Assembly: GCA_035494495.1 (NCBI GenBank)
Contig: DATJGY010000054.1
Span: 1 to 34,203 of the forward strand
Direction: 5' to 3'
Source of the DNA: Alphaproteobacteria bacterium
GTDB taxonomy: Bacteria; Patescibacteriota; Microgenomatia; UBA8517
DNA length: 34,203 nt
Shown piece by piece: positions 7,975-14,743 of this stretch. Positions within the stretch are counted from its first letter, which is position 1; each line of letters starts with the position of its first letter. The notes beneath the pieces are model-generated. The model was given only the letters and a program-made list of their open reading frames with translations. It was not told where the DNA came from and did not search any database. The translations under genes were made by a program, and so were the position numbers.

Positions 7975-8762
7975 CTTACGATTTAGTAATTGTAACCACC
8001 AGCCCTAAAGCTTACGCTCCACAACGAATTAAAGAAGAATTAACAAAGAAGAATTTGTCCTGCAAAGTTTTAAAATATGAAGATGATATTCCTAACGCAA
8101 AACATATTTTCTTTAGAAGTTTCGGAGAAAATGGGAAATATGTTGATCTAATCAAAAAATTAAATAGCCCGAAAGTCATTAATTATAAGTCGTTTAAAAT
8201 TTGGCCAAAGTTAGATAAACTCACTCAATATTTAGAATTGCAAAAAGCTAAAATTCCAGTAGTTGAAACCTCTTTGGCTCCGAGAAATGATTTTCCATTT
8301 ATTGCAAAAGTAAGTAGTAGTAGTCAGGGGCGGGGAGTTGAAAAAATAACTAACGACGAAGATCTTAAAAATTTTGTAAAAAAGCATGCTGGTGAAAAAG
8401 TTTTTTCTGGAAAGATCCTTTTTCAACCATTTTTAACAGCCGGAGAAGATCTCAGAATAATTGTTATTAAAAATAAAGTTTTAGGAGCAATGAAACGTAT
8501 TGCCAGAAAAGGAAAATATCTAACTAATTTTTCGCAAGGTGGAAGAGTAGAAAATTTTAAACTAAATAATGATATTGTCAGTATTGCTTTAGCGGCTGCT
8601 AGCCATTTCAAATTGGATTATTGTGGAGTAGATTTAATGCAGGACAATGGTGGAAATTGGAAGGTTTTAGAGGTAAATAGAGCTTGTCAATTCAAAGGAT
8701 TTGAAAAAGCAACTAATATTAATATTGCCAACTTAGTGATCGAATACTTATTATCTGAATAA
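7971..8762 (+). CDS. RimK-type ATP-grasp ligase paralog 3 (most canonical)
   Basis: ATGA overlap with the upstream gene. Motifs: FPFIAKVSSSSQGRGVEKI, DLRIIVIKNKVLGAMKR, TNFSQGG and GVDLMQDNGGNWKVLEVNR. Confidence 0.75.
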   Translation: MTYDLVIVTTSPKAYAPQRIKEELTKKNLSCKVLKYEDDIPNAKHIFFRSFGENGKYVDLIKKLNSPKVINYKSFKIWPKLDKLTQYLELQKAKIPVVETSLAPRNDFPFIAKVSSSSQGRGVEKITNDEDLKNFVKKHAGEKVFSGKILFQPFLTAGEDLRIIVIKNKVLGAMKRIARKGKYLTNFSQGGRVENFKLNNDIVSIALAAASHFKLDYCGVDLMQDNGGNWKVLEVNRACQFKGFEKATNINIANLVIEYLLSE

Positions 8763-8779
8763 CTTAGTTACTCTTCGAA

Positions 8780-8806
8780 TCTCGTGAAATTAAATTTTTC
8801 ACGAGA
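8780..8806. terminator. bidirectional hairpin between the convergent ATP-grasp operon and rplL
   Basis: TCTCGTGAAA (8780-8789) and TTTCACGAGA (8797-8806) form a perfect 10-bp stem with a 7-nt loop, with T/A-rich flanks. Confidence 0.6.
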
Positions 8807-8827
8807 CCGAAGAAAATACAAAAAATC

Positions 8828-9217
8828 TTACTTCAACTCTACCTTTGCTCCTGCTGCTGTTAATTTTTCGCTAGCTGCTTTAGCATCTTCTGCTTTAGCA
8901 TCTTTCAAAATTTCAGCTGGAACTGTTTCGGTCATACCTTTGGCTTCCATAAGAGTTAAGTTTTGATTAATCTCACGAAGAGCTTTGATTACACCGATTT
9001 TGTTAGCTCCTGCATCAGTCATTACAACAGTTTTTGTACTGCTCTCATCACTTGCTGGAGCGGCGTCGCCGGCCGTAGCTGCAGCAGCGGAGGCTGGGGC
9101 GGCTACTGGCATTGCTGAGACTCCAAGTTTATCTTGAAGTGCAGTTACAAGTTCTGAAAGTTCTAGAACTGTAAGCTTTGTAACTTCTTCTACTAATTTT
9201 TCCACATTGTTTGCCAT
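8828..9217 (-). CDS. rplL: 50S ribosomal protein L7/L12
   Basis: Ala-rich hinge and a C-terminal domain ...KIGVIKALREI...LMEAK...AEDAKAASEKLTAAGAKVELK. SD AGGAGGTG lies upstream. Confidence 0.95.
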   Translation of the reverse strand: MANNVEKLVEEVTKLTVLELSELVTALQDKLGVSAMPVAAPASAAAATAGDAAPASDESSTKTVVMTDAGANKIGVIKALREINQNLTLMEAKGMTETVPAEILKDAKAEDAKAASEKLTAAGAKVELK

Positions 9218-9741
9218 TATTTTTCACCTCCTGCCTTGGTTTGAATTATATATACCAATTTTTGTAAATTGCCACTTAATGTTCCAGTTAAACCATACAT
9301 CGGGGATACTAAAGACCCAAGTAATTGACCCAAAAGTACCTCTTTTGATGGAAGGGTTGAAATCTTAGCTAGAGATTGGGAATCTTGAAAAACGCCGTCT
9401 ACAACTCCAACTTTAAATTTAGGTAATTCGAATTCTTTCGCAAATTTGCCCAAGATTTGAATTGGAGCAACTGCATCTTCGGTAGCAATTACGATTGCGG
9501 TTTGACCAGACAAGATTTCATCTGTTAGCACATCTTTGTCGATTTTTGCGGTTTCTGCGGCTCTTTTAAGAAGTGTATTTTTAACAACCACCATACGAGC
9601 TCCTATTGCGTTCAAACGATGTTTAAGCTCTTGTTGCGCTTGGACGTTAAGACCTGTGTAATTAACTAGTACGACAGATTTGGCGTCTTGAAGATCTTTT
9701 ACAAGATTATCTACTAATGTAACTTTTTGTAGTTTTTTCAT
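9217..9741 (-). CDS. rplJ: 50S ribosomal protein L10
   Basis: The translation is typical L10. TAATG overlap with rplL. SD GAGGAA. Confidence 0.95.
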   Translation of the reverse strand: MKKLQKVTLVDNLVKDLQDAKSVVLVNYTGLNVQAQQELKHRLNAIGARMVVVKNTLLKRAAETAKIDKDVLTDEILSGQTAIVIATEDAVAPIQILGKFAKEFELPKFKVGVVDGVFQDSQSLAKISTLPSKEVLLGQLLGSLVSPMYGLTGTLSGNLQKLVYIIQTKAGGEK

Positions 9742-9791
9742 ATTCCTCGTTGCGACTTACTTTTGATGCGCAATTTCTATGGACTGGGAGT

Positions 9792-9820
9792 ATTATATGT
9801 TACAATTATTTTATGGTCAA
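9792..9820 (-). promoter_or_regulatory. promoter for rplJ-rplL: TTGACC-17-TATAAT (minus strand)
   Basis: Reverse complement of 9815-9820 is TTGACC and of 9792-9797 is TATAAT, with a 17-nt spacer. This gives a leader of about 44 nt to ATG 9741. Confidence 0.5.
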
Positions 9821-9836
9821 GGAGGTGAATTTATAA

Positions 9837-10019
9837 ATGGCAGATAAATTAGGAGAAGTATCGCAATCGACTGTACAAGACAGTGAGAGTATACATCCTG
9901 GCGCTGTGGAGGAAGCAAAGTTAGTTAACAAGCATATAATAAAGGACGAATCAGCTGACAAGGAGGTTTTAAAAGGAACTCTTAAAAGGTTAATTAAGAG
10001 TATTGAAGAAACTGCATAA
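9837..10019 (+). CDS. possible small acidic protein (60 aa) antisense-embedded between rplJ and rplA
   Basis: Strong SD AAGGAGGTGA at 9820-9829, 7 nt before ATG 9837. No recognisable family and no clear promoter. Confidence 0.4.
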   Translation: MADKLGEVSQSTVQDSESIHPGAVEEAKLVNKHIIKDESADKEVLKGTLKRLIKSIEETA

Positions 10020-10020
10020 G

Positions 10021-10707
10021 TTATACAATCTGCAATTTTACTGAAGGGCTCATTGTAGACTTTACAAATCCTCGTACAATTTGTTTACTGCCTCCAAAAG
10101 CCTTCAAAATAGCTTCCAAATTGGCTTTAATTTCTTCATCTTTTTGACTAACTTTGCCCAAAACAGTGTGGATTAAAGGCGCTTCTTTTTCAGTTTTTAA
10201 TGTAACTTGTGATGCAGAAAAACTTTTAGCCTTTTTAGGATCGGGAATTAAAGTTCCATTTTTTGGATTTGGCATCATCCCGCGTGGGCCCAAAAGCTTA
10301 GCAAAAGGAACCAACTTAGGCATCATATCGGGAGTACTTACCAAAATATCAAAGTCAATTTTGCCTGCTTTCAATTTTTCAATTGTTTCATCAGATGCTA
10401 CCTCCACTTTTTTAACACGGCCAGCAGCATGGGGAAGAGTAATTTGAACCGAAGATCCTAACTTTTTCATTACCAAATGCAGCTCAATTGTGCCGTCAAA
10501 CTTGGAATACGATAACTCTTTAACCAATTTTATAGCTCCATCTATCGAATATGCTTTACCATTTTCAACTTTATTTCTTGATACTGCATATTTCTTGGAG
10601 CGAATTTTTTCCTCCACAACTTTATTAACTTTTCCTTGGCCCTCCGAAGCACTTTGCGCGGAGGGGGCTGCTGCTTCTTTGGCTGGTTTCATTTTCATTT
10701 TTCCCAT
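10021..10707 (-). CDS. rplA: 50S ribosomal protein L1 (with an N-terminal extension of about 25 aa)
   Basis: Typical L1 translation (KYAVSRNKVENGKAYSIDGAIKLVKE...LGPRGMMPNPK). Confidence 0.95.
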   Translation of the reverse strand: MGKMKMKPAKEAAAPSAQSASEGQGKVNKVVEEKIRSKKYAVSRNKVENGKAYSIDGAIKLVKELSYSKFDGTIELHLVMKKLGSSVQITLPHAAGRVKKVEVASDETIEKLKAGKIDFDILVSTPDMMPKLVPFAKLLGPRGMMPNPKNGTLIPDPKKAKSFSASQVTLKTEKEAPLIHTVLGKVSQKDEEIKANLEAILKAFGGSKQIVRGFVKSTMSPSVKLQIV

Positions 10708-10711
10708 GTTT

Positions 10712-11137
10712 TTAGTTTTCTACTTTTATTCCCATTGATCGGGCAGTGCCCTCAACAATTTTCATAGCTGCGTCAATATCTTTGGTATTTAAATCATCAA
10801 GTTTATCTGTGGCAATAGCTTTGACCTGCTCACGAGTCAAAGTTCCTGCAATTTCGCGTGGAGTTTTGCCAGATCCCTTTTCAATTCCCAGAGTTTTTTT
10901 AATCATGTCGGCAACTGGGGCTTTTTTAATAATGAAATCAAACGATCGATCTTCGTAAATTGTAATAACGGCAGGCACAACTTGGCCTTTCATATCTTTA
11001 GTTTTGTCGTTATATGCTTTGACAAAGTCCATGATAGCAACACCGTGTTGACCTAATGCAGTTCCAACTGGAGGAGCGGGAGTAGCCTCAGCGGCTTTTA
11101 AATTAATTTTAACTACTGTTTTTACCTTTTTTGCCAT
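10712..11137 (-). CDS. rplK: 50S ribosomal protein L11
   Basis: Typical L11 translation (PAPPVGTALGQHGV..., KTPREIAG...). Confidence 0.95.
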   Translation of the reverse strand: MAKKVKTVVKINLKAAEATPAPPVGTALGQHGVAIMDFVKAYNDKTKDMKGQVVPAVITIYEDRSFDFIIKKAPVADMIKKTLGIEKGSGKTPREIAGTLTREQVKAIATDKLDDLNTKDIDAAMKIVEGTARSMGIKVEN

Positions 11138-11301
11138 ATTTCGATTTTTTAAAATCTGCCTCAGAAAATTCCGAGGTGATGCAATTGTAACAAATTAGTT
11201 GAATATTTAAAAGGGGAATCTGTGGAGGTGTTACAGGGCAAGCGCTTCAATCATTTTTGTGTTTTTTTTATGATTGTTTTTATAAGCGCCTGCCTGTTTT
11301 T
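11138..11301 (-). promoter_or_regulatory. structured leader upstream of rplK (two hairpins)
   Basis: Composite hairpin at 11237-11294: GGCAAGCGCTT/AAGCGCCTGCC plus an inner CAATCAT/ATGATTG. The single mismatch becomes a G-U pair only on the minus-strand RNA. A second 7-bp hairpin lies at 11159-11176. No SD precedes the rplK ATG. Confidence 0.35.
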
Positions 11302-11403
11302 TTAATTCTTTTTGTCTTTACGTCCCCTGCGGATTAGGAGCGCTGCTCCTACCAAACAGATTGTTAATCCTGCAGTTATTATTACGGGAACCATTTGGTC
11401 CAT
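11302..11403 (-). CDS. small ORF, 33-aa single-TM peptide (MDQMVPVIITAGLTICLVGAALLIRRGRKDKKN)
   Basis: Hand-translated; below the ORF-track size cutoff. SD AGAGGAG lies 8 nt upstream of ATG 11403. Hydrophobic core followed by a basic tail. Confidence 0.4.
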   Translation of the reverse strand: MDQMVPVIITAGLTICLVGAALLIRRGRKDKKN

Positions 11404-11471
11404 TTTATTTACTCCTCTCTGAACGTTAGGATCCGTCGCAAATGACGGCTGGATATTTACTATCGGATATA

Positions 11472-11500
11472 AGTATATAGATATAGAGGCTAAAAGTCAA
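11472..11500 (-). promoter_or_regulatory. promoter TTGACT-17-TATACT (minus strand) just downstream of nusG
   Basis: Reverse complement of 11495-11500 is TTGACT and of 11472-11477 is TATACT. Confidence 0.5.
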
Positions 11501-11505
11501 ATAAT

Positions 11506-12117
11506 TTACACTTTTTGGATTTGTAAGAAGTCTAACTCAACCGGAGTCTCGCGGCCGAAGATTGAAACCAAAACTTTAACTTTACCTTTTTCCTCATCCA
11601 TTTCATGAATTGTACCCAAGAAGTCGGTGAATGGGCCGTCAACAATTTTAATAGCCTCGCCAACGCCAAATTTAGTTTTGTATCTCGGAGCTGGAGCTGC
11701 AACGAACTTTTGAATATTAGCAACTTCGACTTCAGAAAGAGGAGTTGGATTATTACCAGCGCCAACAAAGCCCGTGATACCTGCAGTTGTACGAACTGCA
11801 AGCCAAGTAGGATCATCTAAAATCATTTTAACAAGCAAATATCCAGGGAAAATCTTTTCTTTAACGGTAGCCTTTTTGCCACCGCGGATAATAACACGAT
11901 CTTGAGTTGGAACTAACATTTCAAAAATTTTACCTTGCAAATTCATGGTTTCAATTCTTTGATGAAGTGTATCCATAACACGCATTTCATGGCCTGAAGA
12001 AGTGTGAACTACATACCATTTTGCTCGTGGATCTTCTGTTTGAGCAACAACAATATGGCCAGGAATTTTCTTTTTTCCTGTTCCTCTTTCTGAAACTTGT
12101 ATTTGATCGTTATCCAT
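11506..12117 (-). CDS. nusG: transcription termination/antitermination factor NusG
   Basis: NGN domain (KWYVVHTSSGHE) and KOW domain (GEAIKIVDGPFTDFLGTI). Position between secE and rplK. Confidence 0.95.
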   Translation of the reverse strand: MDNDQIQVSERGTGKKKIPGHIVVAQTEDPRAKWYVVHTSSGHEMRVMDTLHQRIETMNLQGKIFEMLVPTQDRVIIRGGKKATVKEKIFPGYLLVKMILDDPTWLAVRTTAGITGFVGAGNNPTPLSEVEVANIQKFVAAPAPRYKTKFGVGEAIKIVDGPFTDFLGTIHEMDEEKGKVKVLVSIFGRETPVELDFLQIQKV

Positions 12118-12118
12118 A

Positions 12119-12304
12119 TTATCTAACTACAATTAAAGCTAAAGCTTTTGTAAACAAAAAATCAAGCCCGCCAACATAACCTCCTAAAATTCCGGAAACT
12201 AAAAAAACTATTAACGTGAGCCTAATTACATCTTGTCTTTTTGGCCAGACAACTTTTGAAACCTCAAGTTTAACTTCTTGAATGAAATTCAAAATTTGTT
12301 TCAT
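12119..12304 (-). CDS. secE: preprotein translocase subunit SecE
   Basis: 61 aa with a single C-terminal TM segment, immediately upstream of nusG. Confidence 0.85.
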   Translation of the reverse strand: MKQILNFIQEVKLEVSKVVWPKRQDVIRLTLIVFLVSGILGGYVGGLDFLFTKALALIVVR

Positions 12305-12313
12305 TAGGATCCA

Positions 12314-12342
12314 AGTATACCAGAAATCTTTTTAAATGCTAA
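12314..12342 (-). promoter_or_regulatory. promoter TTAGCA-17-TATACT, 9 nt upstream of the secE ATG
   Basis: Reverse complement of 12337-12342 is TTAGCA and of 12314-12319 is TATACT. No SD. Confidence 0.4.
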
Positions 12343-12373
12343 TATACAAATTTCATGCAAATGATACGAATTG

Positions 12374-12739
12374 CTACGAATTCTGATTGATTCTCAATAT
12401 TCTTTTGGGTGTCAAATACTGACTTTGAAAATTTACCAATATTCCTAATTTAATTCCACTTGCAATCAAATATCTTTGAACTTGAAAATAATGCTCTTTC
12501 GTTATAATTCTTTCGGTTTTTAATTCCAAAATAATTTTATTGTCAATCAAAAAATCTAAGATATTGTTTGTTTCTCCTATTTTTAATTCTCTTTTGTAAT
12601 TAATATTTTCTTCTTTGAACAGCTTTTCAACAAAATCGCCATACTGTTTTTCTCTCGAATATCTACCTAGCTCATTGTGTGCTTTGTAACATATCCCAAC
12701 TATTTTGTAAGATAATTCAGGATAAATTATATCTGACAT
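12374..12739 (-). CDS. GxxExxY family protein (PD-(D/E)xK nuclease-like)
   Basis: YKAHNELGRYSREKQY plus DFLIDNKIILELKT (D...ExK), typical of the GxxExxY family. Confidence 0.8.
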   Translation of the reverse strand: MSDIIYPELSYKIVGICYKAHNELGRYSREKQYGDFVEKLFKEENINYKRELKIGETNNILDFLIDNKIILELKTERIITKEHYFQVQRYLIASGIKLGILVNFQSQYLTPKRILRINQNS

Positions 12740-12744
12740 AAATC

Positions 12745-12750
12745 ATTTTA
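12745..12750 (-). promoter_or_regulatory. -10 box TAAAAT, 5 nt upstream of ATG 12739 (leaderless candidate)
   Basis: Reverse complement of 12745-12750 is TAAAAT. No SD. Confidence 0.35.
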
Positions 12751-12799
12751 ACTTATTTGCATATATTTGTAGCATTCGTATTTATTAGTAGATTAGAAT

Positions 12800-12805
12800 T
12801 ATAAT
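12800..12805 (+). promoter_or_regulatory. -10 box TATAAT, 5 nt upstream of ATG 12811 (leaderless candidate)
   Basis: TATAAT at 12800-12805, preceded by TAGAAT. No SD. Confidence 0.4.
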
Positions 12806-12810
12806 CTCAT

Positions 12811-13479
12811 ATGGAAATGCCAAGCTTTAAATTTGAAAATGCTGTTTGGAAGAATGATTTTAAGATTGTAGCTGGAATTGATGAAGTGGGAAGAGGATCT
12901 TTTGCCGGACCTGTAGTCGCTGCGGCTGTCGCCTTTGCTCCAATGTCCAATTACCAATTTCCAATGACCAATGAATTTTCAAATGAAATAATTATCAATG
13001 ACTCAAAGCAGTTAACTGCGAAGCAGAGGGAAATTGCAGACATTTGGATTCGGAAACATGCTTTGGGTTTTGGAATTGGGGAAGCAAGTGTAGCTCAAAT
13101 TAATAAATTTGGTATCAAAAAAGCCTCAGAAATTGCCTTTAGAAAAGCGATAATCAATAGTCGGTTAGCTGTAGACTTTTTATTAATCGACGCCTTTTAC
13201 ATTCCCTATGTTAAAAATTTAAGGCGCAAAAACCAGAAAGCAATAATAAAAGGGGATACAAAATCAATTTCAATTGCCGCGGCTTCAATTATCGCAAAAG
13301 TTTACAGAGATAAATTAATGGCAAGTTTAAGTAAACAGTCCAAGTACAAGAAATACGGTTGGGACAAAAATAAAGGATATGGAACCAAACAACATCGCGA
13401 AGCGATATTAAAATATGGAATTACCAAATTGCACCGAAAGCTTTTTGTTAGAAACTGCGTTTCTTCTCAAGTTCAATAG
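12811..13479 (+). CDS. rnhB: ribonuclease HII
   Basis: GIDEVGRGSFAGPVV, NDSKQL, ASIIAK and HR motifs are present. Confidence 0.9.
   Translation: MEMPSFKFENAVWKNDFKIVAGIDEVGRGSFAGPVVAAAVAFAPMSNYQFPMTNEFSNEIIINDSKQLTAKQREIADIWIRKHALGFGIGEASVAQINKFGIKKASEIAFRKAIINSRLAVDFLLIDAFYIPYVKNLRRKNQKAIIKGDTKSISIAAASIIAKVYRDKLMASLSKQSKYKKYGWDKNKGYGTKQHREAILKYGITKLHRKLFVRNCVSSQVQ
12938..12972. repeat. five tandem heptamers NNCCAAT inside rnhB, translated in frame
   Basis: CTCCAAT GTCCAAT TACCAAT TTCCAAT GACCAAT. It encodes part of APMSNYQFPMTNEF between the DEVGRG and NDSK motifs. Confidence 0.85.
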
Positions 13480-13642
13480 AGTGGGCAATTCGATATTTAG
13501 CTTCTTTGCGTTTTTCAGAAGGCTTTTTGTAAGCAGTTAAATCACGATATTCCTGCATTACGCCTTCCATGAGCGTTTTCTTGCGAAAACGAGCAATAAG
13601 CTTGTCGTCAGTTTCACCCTTTTTCTTTTTTAGTATGAACAT
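13448..13642 (-). CDS. rpsU: 30S ribosomal protein S21
   Basis: GETDDKLIARFRKKTLMEGVMQEYRDLTAYKKPSEKRK is typical bS21. Confidence 0.9.
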   Translation of the reverse strand: MFILKKKKGETDDKLIARFRKKTLMEGVMQEYRDLTAYKKPSEKRKEAKYRIAHSIELEKKRSF

Positions 13643-13701
13643 ATATAAAGTCGCCTCCCCTCCGGGCCATAGGCCCTACGGGCCGGTGGCTCTCCATCTA
13701 G
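13643..13701 (-). promoter_or_regulatory. GC-rich structured 5' leader of rpsU
   Basis: The minus-strand RNA reads ...CCGGCCCGUAGGGCCUAUGGCCCGGAGGGGAGGCGAC.... GGGCC can pair with either flanking GGCCC. A long purine SD GGAGGGGAGG follows. Confidence 0.35.
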
Positions 13702-13707
13702 CGTGTA

Positions 13708-13736
13708 ATTTTAACATATGTTATGATTTATGTTAA
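13708..13736 (-). promoter_or_regulatory. rpsU promoter TTAACA-17-TGtTAAAAT (minus strand)
   Basis: Reverse complement of 13731-13736 is TTAACA, and 13708-13716 gives TGTTAAAAT. It overlaps the gmd start. Confidence 0.45.
13719..13727 (+). promoter_or_regulatory. extended -10 TGtTATGAT, 8 nt upstream of ATG 13736 (leaderless gmd candidate)
   Basis: Read directly. It shares the palindrome AACATATGTT (13713-13722) with the rpsU promoter. Confidence 0.35.
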
Positions 13737-14743
13737 TGGCAAAGAAAATTGCACTCATTACAGGAATTACAGGCCAAGATGGAAGCTATTTAGCTGAACT
13801 TTTGCTTGAGAAGGGATATGAAGTTGCTGGAATTGTACGAAAAACTTCCAATGAAGCATATGCAAATATTGATCATATTCAAGATGAATTAAAATTATTC
13901 CAGGGTGATTTATTGGATCCTGTTTCTTTGCGCGAAATTATCCAGCGAGTAGCGCCCGATGAAGTTTACAATCTAGCTGCGCAATCTTCTCCTGCCGAAT
14001 CATTCAAACAACCAATTCACACAGCTGAAATCACTGCTATCGGAGCTCATCGCGTCCTTGATGCAACCTTAGATGTTAATCCCAAAGCAAAATTTTACCA
14101 AGCTTCAAGTTCAGAAATGTTTGGTTGGGTAAAAGAAATTCCACAAACTGAAGAGACGCCGTTTAATCCCGCAAATCCATATGCCGTAGCTAAACTTTAT
14201 GGCTACTGTATGACCAAGATTTATAGAGAAAGCTATAAAATGTTTGCAACAAACGGAATTTTGTTTAATCATGAGTCGCCTCGAAGACATTTAGTTTTTG
14301 TAACTCAAAAAGTAGCTTATGCCGCAGCCTGTGCCAAATTAGGTATAAAATCTTCCCAACATTTAAATGAAGAAGGGGAACCAGTTTACAAAAATGGCAA
14401 AGTTTCTCTTGGGAATTTAGAGGCTAAACGTGATTGGGGATTTGCTGGAGATTACGTTGAGGCAATGTGGCTAATGATGCAAGCTGAAAAGCCTGATGAT
14501 TTTGTTGTGGCGACAGGGGAAACTCATACTATAAAAGAACTTTGTGAAGAAGCTTTTTCCTACGTTGGTTTAAATTGGGAAGATCATGTAGTAGTTGATC
14601 CTAGATTTGTTCGCCCAACAGAAACCGGGCCATTGGTTGGGGATGCAACAAAAGCCAAAAAGATCTTAAATTGGGAACCTAAGACAAAATTTAAAGAATT
14701 GGTAGCGATGATGGTTGACTCGCATTTAGCACGACTCAAGTAA
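13736..14743 (+). CDS. gmd: GDP-mannose 4,6-dehydratase
   Basis: ALITGITGQDGSYLAELLLEKGYEV, the YAVAKLY catalytic motif and NHESPRR. ATG 13730 is an alternative start. Confidence 0.9.
   Translation: MAKKIALITGITGQDGSYLAELLLEKGYEVAGIVRKTSNEAYANIDHIQDELKLFQGDLLDPVSLREIIQRVAPDEVYNLAAQSSPAESFKQPIHTAEITAIGAHRVLDATLDVNPKAKFYQASSSEMFGWVKEIPQTEETPFNPANPYAVAKLYGYCMTKIYRESYKMFATNGILFNHESPRRHLVFVTQKVAYAAACAKLGIKSSQHLNEEGEPVYKNGKVSLGNLEAKRDWGFAGDYVEAMWLMMQAEKPDDFVVATGETHTIKELCEEAFSYVGLNWEDHVVVDPRFVRPTETGPLVGDATKAKKILNWEPKTKFKELVAMMVDSHLARLK

Noticed and set aside
10154-10958. Plus-strand ORFs (10154-10447, 10490-10738, 10746-10958) opposite rplA and rplK. The same applies to 11532-11816 and 11605-11820 in nusG and 8784-8966 in rplL.
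   Set aside because: They are shadow ORFs of highly conserved ribosomal and NusG genes.
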